Assembly: GCA_945867155.1 (NCBI GenBank)
Contig: CAMBHL010000003.1
Span: 160,099 to 200,098, forward strand
DNA from: an uncultured Eubacteriaceae bacterium
GTDB taxonomy: Bacteria > Bacillota > Clostridia > Eubacteriales > Eubacteriaceae
Length of the DNA stretch: 40,000 nucleotides
Direction of reading: 5' to 3'
The notes beneath the pieces were generated by a model, which saw only the letters and a program-made list of their open reading frames with translations, was not told the DNA's origin and made no database searches. Below, piece by piece: positions 22,763-32,357 of this stretch. The translations under genes were made by a program, and so were the position numbers. Positions within the stretch are counted from its first letter, which is position 1; each line of letters opens with the position of its first letter.

Positions 22763-25421
22763 ACCACGAATCTCCTTCATGAGCGTCGACCACCAACGGC
22801 ACGGCCAGCTGCACCGTATTTTCCATTTCTTCGATCAAAAGGGCCAGCACGTCGTCCGCTTCGTCCTTCGGCGCGTCGATGATGAGTTCATCGTGAATCT
22901 GCAGAATCAAGTGAGAGCGCAGACTTTCTTTCTGCAGGCGCTTGTACACGCGGATCATGGCCATTTTCATGATGTCCGCCGCCGTGCCTTGGATCGGCGT
23001 GTTCAGCGCGATGCGCTCGCCGCTTTTGCGGATCATGCCGTTGCGGGACTGAATTTCCGGAATGTTGCGCCGGCGCCCGAACAGCGTCGTGACGTAGCCC
23101 TTTTCCTTGGCCGAGGCCACGATGTTTTCCATATAAGCCTGCACTTTCGGGTAGCGGGCGAAATACATGTCGATGTAGTTCTGGGCCTGCTGGCGGCTGA
23201 TGCCCAGCTCTTTGCCGAGACTGAAAGCCTGTTTGCCGTAAATGAGACCGAAGTTGACGGCCTTCGCGTGGCTGCGCTGTTCCCGAGTCACCTTTTCGAG
23301 GGACACGCCGAAAATTTCAGAAGCTGTTCTCGCGTGGATGTCCTCTTCCCGCTTAAAGGACTGGATCAGATTTTCATCGCCAGTCAAATGGGCCAGCACC
23401 CGGAGCTCGATCTGGGAATAGTCCGCGTCGAGGAGCGTCCGGTCCGGGCTTTCAGGAATAAAGACCTTGCGGATTTCCCGGCCGAGGTCCGTGCGCACTG
23501 GAATGTTCTGGAGGTTGGGGTCTGAAGATGAAATCCGCCCCGTCGCCGTCACCGTCTGGTTGAAATGGGAGTACACCCGTTGGGTCTTCGGGTCGACGTA
23601 TTTAATCAGGCCGGCACCGTAAGTGGAGTCCAGCTTTGTGACCGTCCGATACTCGAGAATCGCCGGCACGATGTCGTGATAAGGGGCCAGCTGTTCCAGC
23701 ACTTCCACCGACGTCGAATAGCCGGTTTTCGTCTTTTTGATGGCCGGCAGCTGAAGTTCTTCAAACAGCACCTGGCCCAGCTGCTTCGTGGAGTTGATGT
23801 TGAATTCGCGGCCTGCCGCGTTGTAAATCTGATCGGTCAGATCGTGAATCCGGCTTTCAAAGGTTTTTGACAAATCCTTGAGCTGGTCCACATCGATCTG
23901 AAAGCCGATGCTTTCCATGGACGCCAGGACTTCAATCAGCGGCATTTCGATGTCTTCGTAAAGCCGAGTCATGCCCTGTTCTTCGAGGCATTGGCGCAGT
24001 TCTTTTTCCAAATCGATGAGAACCTGGCATTCTTTGGCCATCTGGGGCGCCATCACTTCCGGCGCGAGATCCCCGAGCTTTTTCCGCTTTTTTCCCTTGC
24101 CGAACAAACTTTCTTCGTCAGGGATGCTGCGGTCGAGGTATTTGCGGGCCAGGTCCGACAGGGCGTAGCGCCGGTCCGTCGGTTCCAGCAGATAGGCTGC
24201 GATGTAGGTGTCAAAGCCGAGATTCGCCACAGATGCCCCTTCGGCTTCAAAAGCGTGGATCAACGTCTTCAGGTCGTGGCCGGTGACGGCCAGGTCGTCG
24301 GCGTTGGGCAGATCGTCAAATTCATGGATAAAACGGCGAATGAGCTTGGGATCGTCCATGACCCAGATTGTCTTGAAGTTGCTGACCGCCAGATACGCCG
24401 CGTCTTCTTCTTCCCGAAGGTGCAGGGCGATCCGGTCCCATTTTGCGATCTGCAGCTGAAGGAAATACAGATCCTTTTCTGAATCCAGATGAGAAAAAGG
24501 CACCGCTTCTCCCCCATCAGTGCCCAAAGTTTGGGGCTGGCCTTTGGTGCGTTCCACACTGCGGATGATCGACGAAAATTCCAATTCTTTTAAAGTCGCC
24601 ATGACATCCGGATTAAAGAGATCATTCATCGCCAGGGCTTTGTCGTCTGTTTTGACCGGCGCCTTAACGTCGATGCGCCCGAGGAACAGACTCAAATAGG
24701 CGTTGTCCTTTCCCGCTTCCACTTTTTCTTTCTGCTTGCCTTTGAGCTCGTCGATGTGAGCGTACAGGCCGTCCACGGTCTTGTATTTTTTAACGAATTT
24801 CAGAGCCGTCTTTTCCCCAATGCCCTTGATGCCGGGGATATTGTCCGAGGTATCCCCCATGAGGGCCTTCACCTGGATGAGGTCCGCCGGTTCCACCCCG
24901 TACTTGTCTTCAATGGCCGCCGGGTCCATTTCCACAAACTGAGAACCGCTCCGGGTCGTCGTGTACAAAATGTGGATGTTGTCTTCGACGAGCTGGAAGG
25001 AGTCCCGATCCCCGGTGATGATCTGGACCAGCACCGGTTCGTCCCGATGGGCAAAGGCCTTAGCCACGGTCCCGACAATGTCGTCCGCTTCGTACCCCGG
25101 CAGGGTCAGCACCGGCACCTGCATTTCCCCGAGCAGTTTCTTCATCAAATCCAGCTGGGTGATGAGCTCGTCAGGCATTTTGTCCCGGCCAGCCTTGTAG
25201 TCATCGAATTTTTCGTGGCGGAAAGTCGGTTCCGGCAAATCAAAGGCCACCCCGAGATAATCGGGCCGCATCTCATTCTGAATCTGCTGGAGCAGCTTGA
25301 CGAAGCCATACACCGCGTTGGTCGGCACCCCTTTGGAATTCGCCATGCCGCGAATGCCGTAAAACATCCGGAATAAAATGCTGTTGCCGTCGATTAATAT
25401 GGCCTTTTGCTTTGCCGCCAT
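22749..25421 (-). CDS. polA: DNA polymerase I
   Basis: 890 aa. It has a 5' nuclease domain (GDTSDNIPG), a 3'-5' exo-like region, and polymerase motifs DYSQIELRVLAH, RSHAKAVNFGLIYG and QIHDELI. Confidence 0.95.
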   Translation of the reverse strand: MAAKQKAILIDGNSILFRMFYGIRGMANSKGVPTNAVYGFVKLLQQIQNEMRPDYLGVAFDLPEPTFRHEKFDDYKAGRDKMPDELITQLDLMKKLLGEMQVPVLTLPGYEADDIVGTVAKAFAHRDEPVLVQIITGDRDSFQLVEDNIHILYTTTRSGSQFVEMDPAAIEDKYGVEPADLIQVKALMGDTSDNIPGIKGIGEKTALKFVKKYKTVDGLYAHIDELKGKQKEKVEAGKDNAYLSLFLGRIDVKAPVKTDDKALAMNDLFNPDVMATLKELEFSSIIRSVERTKGQPQTLGTDGGEAVPFSHLDSEKDLYFLQLQIAKWDRIALHLREEEDAAYLAVSNFKTIWVMDDPKLIRRFIHEFDDLPNADDLAVTGHDLKTLIHAFEAEGASVANLGFDTYIAAYLLEPTDRRYALSDLARKYLDRSIPDEESLFGKGKKRKKLGDLAPEVMAPQMAKECQVLIDLEKELRQCLEEQGMTRLYEDIEMPLIEVLASMESIGFQIDVDQLKDLSKTFESRIHDLTDQIYNAAGREFNINSTKQLGQVLFEELQLPAIKKTKTGYSTSVEVLEQLAPYHDIVPAILEYRTVTKLDSTYGAGLIKYVDPKTQRVYSHFNQTVTATGRISSSDPNLQNIPVRTDLGREIRKVFIPESPDRTLLDADYSQIELRVLAHLTGDENLIQSFKREEDIHARTASEIFGVSLEKVTREQRSHAKAVNFGLIYGKQAFSLGKELGISRQQAQNYIDMYFARYPKVQAYMENIVASAKEKGYVTTLFGRRRNIPEIQSRNGMIRKSGERIALNTPIQGTAADIMKMAMIRVYKRLQKESLRSHLILQIHDELIIDAPKDEADDVLALLIEEMENTVQLAVPLVVDAHEGDSWYAIK

Positions 25422-25442
25422 CCTGTCCTCCTGTGTTTTGTT

Positions 25443-26459
25443 TTAATCTCTGTACCCGTTGGGGTTCTGTTTCTGCCAATTCCACGAATCCCGACACATG
25501 TCTTCGAGGGTGCGAGTCGCCGTCCAGCCCAACACTTTTTTCGCTTTGTCCGCGTTGGCCCAGAATTCCGGCAGGTCGCCGGCGCGTCTCGGCCCGAATT
25601 CGTATTTGATTTTGAGGTCATTGGCCTTTTCAAAAGCTTTGACGATTTCCAAGACGGAATATGGGGTGCCCGTGCCCAAATTAAAGATATTCGTTCCCGG
25701 ATGATCCGCGATGTATTCCACGGCCTTGACGTGGCCTTCGGCGAGATCCATCACGTGGATGTAGTCCCGGCGGCACGTGCCGTCCGGCGTGTCGTAGTCG
25801 TTGCCGAAAATCGTCAGGTGATCCAGCTTGCCCACAGCCACCTGGGAAATATAGGGCATCAGGTTGTTGGGAATCCCCTTGGGATCTTCGCCGATCATGC
25901 CGCTTTCGTGGGCGCCGATGGGATTGAAGTAGCGCAGCAGCACGAGATTCATGTCCGGATCAGCGGCCACCGCGTCGGTGAGAATCTGTTCCATCATGTA
26001 TTTGGTCCATCCGTAGGGGTTCGAGCAGCTGCCCCGGTGCATCGTTTCGACGTATGGAATCGCGTTTTCCGCGCCATACACCGTCGCTGATGACGAGAAC
26101 ACGAAGTTCTTCACCCCGGTCGCTTCCATGCATTCCAAAAGCGTCAGGGTCGTGTCGATGTTGTTGCGGTAGTAGAACAGCGGTTTTTTCACCGATTCGC
26201 CCACGGCTTTAAGGCCTGCGAAATGGATGACGCAGTCGATGTCGTTTTCCTTAAAGATTTTCATCATGGCATCCCGGTCCTGGACGTCCGCTTCGTACAA
26301 GGTCACCGGCTTGCCCGTCAGTTTTTCCACCCGGCGCACTGCTTCCGGCGACGCGTTGTAATAATTATCTGCGATCACGACGTCGTGGCCGCTGTTGAGC
26401 AAAGCCAAAGCCGTATGACTACCAATGTAGCCGGCACCGCCAGCAAGTAATATTTTCAT
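25443..26459 (-). CDS. galE: UDP-glucose 4-epimerase
   Basis: The NAD motif is LAGGAGYIGSH and the catalytic motif YGWTKYMMEQ (YxxxK). It is GalE-like over its full length. Confidence 0.9.
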   Translation of the reverse strand: MKILLAGGAGYIGSHTALALLNSGHDVVIADNYYNASPEAVRRVEKLTGKPVTLYEADVQDRDAMMKIFKENDIDCVIHFAGLKAVGESVKKPLFYYRNNIDTTLTLLECMEATGVKNFVFSSSATVYGAENAIPYVETMHRGSCSNPYGWTKYMMEQILTDAVAADPDMNLVLLRYFNPIGAHESGMIGEDPKGIPNNLMPYISQVAVGKLDHLTIFGNDYDTPDGTCRRDYIHVMDLAEGHVKAVEYIADHPGTNIFNLGTGTPYSVLEIVKAFEKANDLKIKYEFGPRRAGDLPEFWANADKAKKVLGWTATRTLEDMCRDSWNWQKQNPNGYRD

Positions 26460-26564
26460 GGAAACCTCCTAATGATTATCGTAATATCGTTTGTATTATA
26501 CCCCATTTGTCCTTTCCGTGCCAACTTCAAGCAATATTTATCTTTGATTGTGCTGTTTCGTCTC

Positions 26565-26594
26565 TTGTTTCCCCAATCGTAAACGTGCTACAAT
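26565..26594 (+). promoter_or_regulatory. Candidate promoter for the MtnK-like gene with an extended -10
   Basis: TTGTTT (26565-26570) and TGcTACAAT (26586-26594) are separated by an 18-nt spacer. Confidence 0.4.
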
Positions 26595-26634
26595 GATAAA
26601 ATATAAAAATAAGAAAGAGAGATGGAGGACGAAC

Positions 26635-27882
26635 ATGGACTACAAAAACTTAACGCCGGAAAGCGCTGCAGCTTACATCAAAAACGAAACCGATCTGTTT
26701 CCGGAAGACGCGGACTTAGACGTCTACGAAATCGGCAGCGGCGGCAACAACGCCAACGACGGCGACGGTTTTATCAACTTTGTCTTCCGCATTACGGGCA
26801 CCAAAACCCATCACTCCGTCATCCTCAAGCAGGCTCGAGACTACGCCCGAACCTTTAAAGGAGACACCCCTTTTATTCCCGAACGCAACGCGACTGAAGC
26901 GAAGCTCATGGCCATCAAATCGGCTATTACCCCGGATTACATCCCAGAAATCTACCGCGTCGACGAAACCAACCACCTTTATATCTGCGAAGACTGCGGC
27001 AATCTCAAGATCTGGCGTTTCGCCCTCGACGCCGGCAAAATTTATCCGAAAATTCCGAAGATGGTCGGCGAACTCGTGGCCAAAAACAATTTTTACACCT
27101 CAGAGCTCTATTTAGAGCCCGAAGTGCACCAGAAGCTCGAAGCCACGTTCAACAACGCGACCATGCGCAACCTTTTCGAAAATATTTTATTCCTGCACAT
27201 TATCACCACACCTGAGGAAAAAGATCCGGTTCGCCTCGAAATGGCCAATGTTATCTGGCAGGACCACGCATTCCGCACGGAAATGCTCAAGCTCCGCCAT
27301 ATCTACATGGCCAAATCGGAATGCCTGATCCATTCGGATCTGCACACATCCAACATCATGGTCGACGCCGACCACATGAAGACCATCGACATGGAATACG
27401 CCTTCATGGGACCGTGCTCCGCCGATTCCGGCTACCTCATCGGCAATTTCCTCTATCAGTACCTCCGCTGGTTCTACTGCCCAGCCACTGAAGACAGCAC
27501 GCCGGAAGAAATGCGGGCCTACGCCCTCGACTGCATCCGGGATTTCTTAAACACGTATTTCGACGTCTTCAAGGCCTGCTGGGCCAAAGACGTTCGGAAA
27601 ATTTACCAGGGCTTTGACGATTACCGGGATTATCTTCTCGACCGTTACTTCCACGAAACCGTCGGCTTTATCGGCTGCCAAATCATGAGCCGCATCGGCC
27701 GGGACACCGCGACCCCGGACATCGACACCATCCCGGACAAAAACGACCAGTACGAAGCCTGCCGAATTCTGTTGCTCATCGCCCAGTACCTGGTACTCCA
27801 CCGGGAAGAAATCACCGATACCGACGATCTGATCAAGACGGTCGTTGAACTCACTGAAACGTCAAGGAAAGCGCTGCATTAG
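26635..27882 (+). CDS. S-methyl-5-thioribose kinase-like protein kinase-fold enzyme (MtnK/APH family)
   Basis: 415 aa from ATG 26635 (GGAGG 6 nt upstream). EIGSGG...INFVFRI, ILKQA, LIHSDLHTSNIMV and IDMEYAFMGP align with B. subtilis MtnK. The Gly-rich loop carries an extra Asn/Asp/Gly insertion. Confidence 0.65.
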   Translation: MDYKNLTPESAAAYIKNETDLFPEDADLDVYEIGSGGNNANDGDGFINFVFRITGTKTHHSVILKQARDYARTFKGDTPFIPERNATEAKLMAIKSAITPDYIPEIYRVDETNHLYICEDCGNLKIWRFALDAGKIYPKIPKMVGELVAKNNFYTSELYLEPEVHQKLEATFNNATMRNLFENILFLHIITTPEEKDPVRLEMANVIWQDHAFRTEMLKLRHIYMAKSECLIHSDLHTSNIMVDADHMKTIDMEYAFMGPCSADSGYLIGNFLYQYLRWFYCPATEDSTPEEMRAYALDCIRDFLNTYFDVFKACWAKDVRKIYQGFDDYRDYLLDRYFHETVGFIGCQIMSRIGRDTATPDIDTIPDKNDQYEACRILLLIAQYLVLHREEITDTDDLIKTVVELTETSRKALH

Positions 27883-27903
27883 GCGAAATAATTTCTAGAA
27901 ATG

Positions 27904-27939
27904 CAAGAGCCGCTGTGATTGTTATCACAGCGGCTCTTG
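27904..27939. terminator. Bidirectional terminator hairpin between convergent genes
   Basis: A perfect 16-bp stem pairs CAAGAGCCGCTGTGAT (27904-27919) with ATCACAGCGGCTCTTG (27924-27939) across a 4-nt loop. Confidence 0.75.
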
Positions 27940-29027
27940 TTATGCCCTTTGCTTATCTTTTTTGATAAGTGGATACTGACGGTACATGAAAAACGACCGA
28001 ATCACTGGAATATGCGGGATCACTGCAATAGCTATAACTGCCAGAACGACGCGGCAAAGAATTAAACCTGTAGTATAAAACTTCATGCTGCTGATTTTAA
28101 GTGCTCCGCAAAGCTTGTCCATAACGCGAAACGTCTTTAATGTATTTAAGTCAAGAATATGGGTGCACAAAACAATGAGTGAGAGTTCTCCTAATTTTGA
28201 GAACCATTTTGTAAATTCTTTAAAACATTTTTCAAGCCAAAGGCTCACATAGCAAATCGCATAGCACCCGGCCACACTGCCAATAACCGCAATCGCTGGA
28301 TTGTCTGCTGTCGCCGTATTCAGCCAAAACGTACTGATTCTAGCAGAAAGCCCCCAGACGATAAGGGCAAAAGCAACGTGAAACCACTTTCCTTTTTGAA
28401 TCAATTTATGGCGGTGCATCCATTCGCCAGTCCAGTAAAAAAACATGCTGACCAAGGCGGCTGGGATGGACCAGGGCAAATACAGATTAAATTTTTCGGT
28501 TAAGACAAACCCTAGAGCGCAAAAACCTGCAAAAAGCACCGTACAAGCCAAATCTGAAAAATGGTACCGATCTGTTAAATTCCTCAATCCCGTGTACAGT
28601 AAGTTCGCCACAAACATACACGGCAGAAACCAAATGGCGCCTATCGCCATAATATTCACCTGTGTCTTCCCGATAACCGTTGTTGCTGTACCAATACCGT
28701 AACAAGCCGCGATTACGCCTTGACGAAAGGTTGGAAAATAAGGCTGCAAAAATGATTCGGTCTTTTTACCGCAATCATCGAAAAGATGATCATCAAAACA
28801 CTGGTAATGATGTAGGGCAGTAAAAGATTATCAAACCCACCTGAAATGACTTTTTGGATCGGTTTCTGCCGGTGCAGATAGCCTGACAAAAAGAAAAAAA
28901 TTGAAACATTTACGATATAAATTGCATAAAAAATTGTTCGTCCGAAAGTCACGTCAATGGTATGACCCGTGATGATCAATAAAATGCCTATAACTCTGGC
29001 ATCGTCAATCCATTTTACCCGCTCCAT
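27940..29027 (-). pseudogene. Acyltransferase-3 family membrane O-acyltransferase, split by a frameshift into two overlapping ORFs
   Basis: The N-terminal ORF (28713-29027/29096) has the family start RVKWIDDARVIGILLIITGH. The second ORF (27940-28749) continues with ...GAIWFLPCMFVANLLY... in another frame. The frames overlap at 28713-28749, next to A5/T5 runs. Confidence 0.6.
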
Positions 29028-29054
29028 AAACATCCTTTCACTGGAATTTCCGCA

Positions 29055-29091
29055 AAAAGCCCTCTTGCAAACAATTTGCAAAAGGGCTTTT
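29055..29091 (-). terminator. Terminator hairpin downstream of the ChW lysozyme gene
   Basis: An imperfect 17-bp stem pairs AAAAGCCCTCTTGCAAA (29055-29071) with TTTGCAAAAGGGCTTTT (29075-29091). T-runs flank it on both strands. Confidence 0.65.
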
Positions 29092-29119
29092 TTCATTTGA
29101 TACTTAATTTATTTTTTAG

Positions 29120-31741
29120 TTAAAAATTCGAATACGTTTTATTCATATCAATACCGCCGGAAAGTCCAGGCACGCTTCCGGTGTCGCTGTACTGCCAGAT
29201 ATCGATGTGATTGTTATAGGATGGTTTCGAAGAGCTGTTCCAGAAATACGGATACTGCGCGTACCAGATCTTGTAGTTTTTAATCATGCTGTAATCCAGA
29301 TGATTGTTTAGCCAGTTCTGATTGGCGTAGATCATCGGCGTATAACCAGCTTTTTTCACTTCTTCGCAGAAAGCGATGGCATTCTTCGACTGCTGGGTTT
29401 TGCTCAGATACGCAATCTTGCTGTCTTCCAAGTCGATGCAGATCGGCATTTTAAGGCTCCGGCCGTTAAGCAGGCTGATCGCATAATCCGCTTCCTGGCG
29501 GGCTTCGTTTTCATCATCCGCGTAGCTGTAGACGTAAACGCCAAAAGGCATGCCTGCGGCTGTCGCATTGGTGTAGTTATTGTTGAACTGCTTGTCCATC
29601 GCGCCGTTGCCCGCATGGCCCCAGGCGATGCGCAGCATCGCAAAGGAGTAGCCCGCGTTTTTCGCTTTGCGCCAGTTGTCAGCACTGATGTAGCCCTGCC
29701 ATTCGGAAACGTCGACCCCTAAACCGTTGGTCTTGACTACACTATTGTTAATTTTGATATACGCGTTACTTGTATCCCCTGGCGCCGATGCGTTTTTAGG
29801 CAAGACACAAACCTGAACGGCTTCCACGCGAAGACCACCATTGGAAGTTCCAGCCCAGTCTCCATCCTTCGCCCAACCGAGCCAACCGTAATTCTGAACG
29901 TGGACACGGTACCAGACACTCATGGATGAAGCAGCCGAACCGTTAAGCTTCAACTGAACCGCTTCCAAACGTTTATTTTCTCCTGTAGTTCCGGAAAATT
30001 TATCTGTATCTTTACTACTGATCCAATCTTGAGAGCTTCCAATATCCTGAATATATGAATGATAAGAAATATTAGAATCTCCTAAAACCTGATCTGAGAA
30101 TTTCACCTGAAGAGCTTCAACTCTCAGAGCCTGTCCTGTTGTACCAGAAGTCTGTCCTGCGGATGTCCAATCCATCCAGCCTTTATTCTGAACGTGGGTT
30201 CTGTATGACACCGTATAAGCTTTGGTCAAATTGTCTTGGGTAAGTTCTGCTGTTGAGATACTTCCGAGGGCATTTGGTGCCGCATCGCCTTTGGGCACCA
30301 GTTTAATAGCGATGGCTTCAGCTCTTAAACCGAGGCCTTCTGACCCAGCCGACTCGCCGTTTTTCGCCCAGCCAAGCCAGCCGTAGTTCTGAACATGAAC
30401 GGCATAATAGATATCATATTGTTCGCTGAGGGAATCATTCAATTTAATTTGAACCGCTTCAAGGCGTCTAGCTTGCCCCGTTGTGCCGGCAGTCTGGTTA
30501 TTGTTGACCCAGTTTTGCCAGCCTGTACCTTGAAGATGAGCACGATACGTAATACTTGTAGCTGTATTATTTAAATTGTCCGCCGTGAAATTAATTTTTA
30601 AAGCTTCAAGACGAAGGGATTTTCCCGTTTCGCCGGCCACAGCCCCGTCCTGAACCGTTTTCGTCCAGCCGGTATTCTGCTGATGGACACTGTATTGAAC
30701 GTGGGGATTCGAAACGTCCGACGCCGTATAAACGTGTTTGAATGCACTGCCCAAAGGCTGAGGTGCTGTCGCCCCTTTGTTCACGATGATGACTTCGACC
30801 CCTTCGATCCGTTTTGAAAGGCCGACAGAACCACAGGTTTCCCCGTTTTTCGCCCAATTGACCCAGCCGTAATCCTGGACATAGGCGCAGTAGTAAATAT
30901 CGTATTTACTGGCGTCTGTTCCTGTCAAGTTAATTTTAAAGGCTTCAAGCCGCAGGCTCTGACCGATCGTCCCAGCGAGTTCTCCATTGCTTTTAGCGCT
31001 TTGCCAGCCGATATTTTGAACATGAGCGGAATACGAGACACCGAGGGTCGACGTATCCTGACCTGTTTTAATCGAAAGGCCTTCCAGCCGCAGGTCCTGA
31101 CCGATGGTGCCGGCCACCTGACCGCCGCTTACCGCATTGAGGGTGCCTTTATTTTGAACATGAGCCTGCACTTTTAATGACGTATTTACGTCACTGCTGT
31201 AATTTTGAGGTGTTCCGATACTGATGGTAAATTTCTGCCCTGCCGTATTATTCTGCTGGTACAGCTGGACATTGGTGCCATCCGTCGTGATATTGCCGCC
31301 GGCTACATCCATAACCTTTGTACTCGAGCAGGCTGGCTGCAGGGTGTAGGTTCCGTCCGATTCCAAATTTAGCGTCCATTTTTGGGCATCCGAATCATTT
31401 TCGTCGTACACTTGAATATTGGTGCCGTTTTTGTCGCTGGCGCCATTGACGTCCAGTGCTTTCTGTGCCCCCTTGTTTAATATTTTGTACTGGCCGTTTC
31501 CGATTGGAATAAATTCCCAGTATTGATCCTGACTATACTGATTTTTTTCAAGAATAATCACGTTGTTAACATTTCTTGAAACTGCCTTGTCTCCCACCAA
31601 AATCTGAGCCGTAAAACTATCCTGAGGCAAATCTGCCGCTTTCACTGTTCCTGTTGCAAACAGCATTGCAAACAAGAAAATGCTCAAAAAAGAAAAAAGA
31701 CCTATTATCGAACTGTACGCTATGCGTTTTATTCCGCTCAT
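29120..31741 (-). CDS. Secreted or anchored cell-wall hydrolase: signal/anchor, Ricin-type beta-trefoil lectin, 9 ChW repeats, GH25 lysozyme
   Basis: The start is set at ATG 31741 (AAAGGATGG RBS). Q-x-W-like trefoil motifs are QYWEF, QKWTL and QKFTI. Nine repeats follow the pattern Y.aHVQn.GW....G..aGT.G...RLEA. The C-terminal GVDVSEWQG...DIWQYS is typical of GH25. Confidence 0.8.
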   Translation of the reverse strand: MSGIKRIAYSSIIGLFSFLSIFLFAMLFATGTVKAADLPQDSFTAQILVGDKAVSRNVNNVIILEKNQYSQDQYWEFIPIGNGQYKILNKGAQKALDVNGASDKNGTNIQVYDENDSDAQKWTLNLESDGTYTLQPACSSTKVMDVAGGNITTDGTNVQLYQQNNTAGQKFTISIGTPQNYSSDVNTSLKVQAHVQNKGTLNAVSGGQVAGTIGQDLRLEGLSIKTGQDTSTLGVSYSAHVQNIGWQSAKSNGELAGTIGQSLRLEAFKINLTGTDASKYDIYYCAYVQDYGWVNWAKNGETCGSVGLSKRIEGVEVIIVNKGATAPQPLGSAFKHVYTASDVSNPHVQYSVHQQNTGWTKTVQDGAVAGETGKSLRLEALKINFTADNLNNTATSITYRAHLQGTGWQNWVNNNQTAGTTGQARRLEAVQIKLNDSLSEQYDIYYAVHVQNYGWLGWAKNGESAGSEGLGLRAEAIAIKLVPKGDAAPNALGSISTAELTQDNLTKAYTVSYRTHVQNKGWMDWTSAGQTSGTTGQALRVEALQVKFSDQVLGDSNISYHSYIQDIGSSQDWISSKDTDKFSGTTGENKRLEAVQLKLNGSAASSMSVWYRVHVQNYGWLGWAKDGDWAGTSNGGLRVEAVQVCVLPKNASAPGDTSNAYIKINNSVVKTNGLGVDVSEWQGYISADNWRKAKNAGYSFAMLRIAWGHAGNGAMDKQFNNNYTNATAAGMPFGVYVYSYADDENEARQEADYAISLLNGRSLKMPICIDLEDSKIAYLSKTQQSKNAIAFCEEVKKAGYTPMIYANQNWLNNHLDYSMIKNYKIWYAQYPYFWNSSSKPSYNNHIDIWQYSDTGSVPGLSGGIDMNKTYSNF
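29804..31180 (-). repeat. Nine tandem ChW (clostridial hydrophobic, conserved Trp) repeat modules within the CDS
   Basis: The repeat cores are VQAHVQNKG, YSAHVQNIGW, YCAYVQDYGW, YSVHQQNTGW, YRAHLQGTGW, YAVHVQNYGW, YRTHVQNKGW, YHSYIQDIGSSQDW and YRVHVQNYGW. They are divergent at the DNA level. Confidence 0.8.
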
Positions 31742-31836
31742 GTAACCATCCTTTCGAAAAAAATCATTCACTTTTAATTATAACGAAAATTTTAGGATAG
31801 TAAAGCTCCTTTCCAATTTCTTAAACCTTTTTATTC

Positions 31837-31865
31837 TTGAAATATAAAGTGAGCATGTGTAAAAT
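31837..31865 (+). promoter_or_regulatory. Candidate sigma-A promoter for gtrA
   Basis: TTGAAA (31837-31842) and TAAAAT (31860-31865) are separated by a 17-nt spacer. Confidence 0.45.
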
Positions 31866-31889
31866 AAAAACATTATCAAGGAGTTATTT

Positions 31890-32324
31890 ATGAAAAAGAA
31901 TATTAAAACCCTTTATTTAAACCATAAAGAAATTGTCAATTACCTGATCGTCGGCGTTCTTACGACTCTTATCAGCCTGGCCGTTTATTATTTTTGTGTT
32001 TCCACTTTCTTGAATCCCAGAAATGCCTTTCAGCTTCAGGCAGCCAACGTCATCTCCTGGATTATTTCTGTTCTTTTTGCTTACTTCACCAATCGTAAGT
32101 ACGTTTTTGAAAGCAAAAATCCCCATATCCTCAAAGAAGCCTCTGCCTTTTTCTTAGCCAGAGTCAGCACACTTCTGATGGATATGGGAATCATGTTTTT
32201 ATGTGTAACTTTAATGGGCATGAACGATAAAATTGCCAAGCTCATTTCTCAAGTCGTCGTTATCGTAAGCAATTATGTTTTCAGTAAATTGTTCGTCTTT
32301 AAAAAAGGACAGACAAAACATTAA
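31890..32324 (+). CDS. GtrA-family membrane protein (polyprenol-linked sugar translocation)
   Basis: 144 aa with 4 TM segments. The family pattern is present: YLIVGVLTTLISL...ISWIISVLFAYFTNRKYVF...VVIVSNYVFSKLFVF. The RBS is AAGGAG. Confidence 0.75.
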   Translation: MKKNIKTLYLNHKEIVNYLIVGVLTTLISLAVYYFCVSTFLNPRNAFQLQAANVISWIISVLFAYFTNRKYVFESKNPHILKEASAFFLARVSTLLMDMGIMFLCVTLMGMNDKIAKLISQVVVIVSNYVFSKLFVFKKGQTKH

Positions 32325-32357
32325 TAAATTCTTCCTTATTATTTTTTTTACTAATTT

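Noticed and set aside
26460-26634. A possible SAM (S-box) riboswitch upstream of the MtnK-like gene
   Set aside because: The predicted promoter (-10 at 26589-26594) leaves only a ~35-40-nt leader. That is too short for an S-box aptamer, and no terminator/antiterminator stems are visible.
29804-31180. Periodic repeated structure that might have been a CRISPR array or other non-coding tandem repeat
   Set aside because: The periodicity is at protein level (ChW modules of ~45-50 aa) inside a continuous 873-aa ORF. The DNA copies are divergent, and there are no short identical repeats with unique spacers. No cas genes occur in the window.
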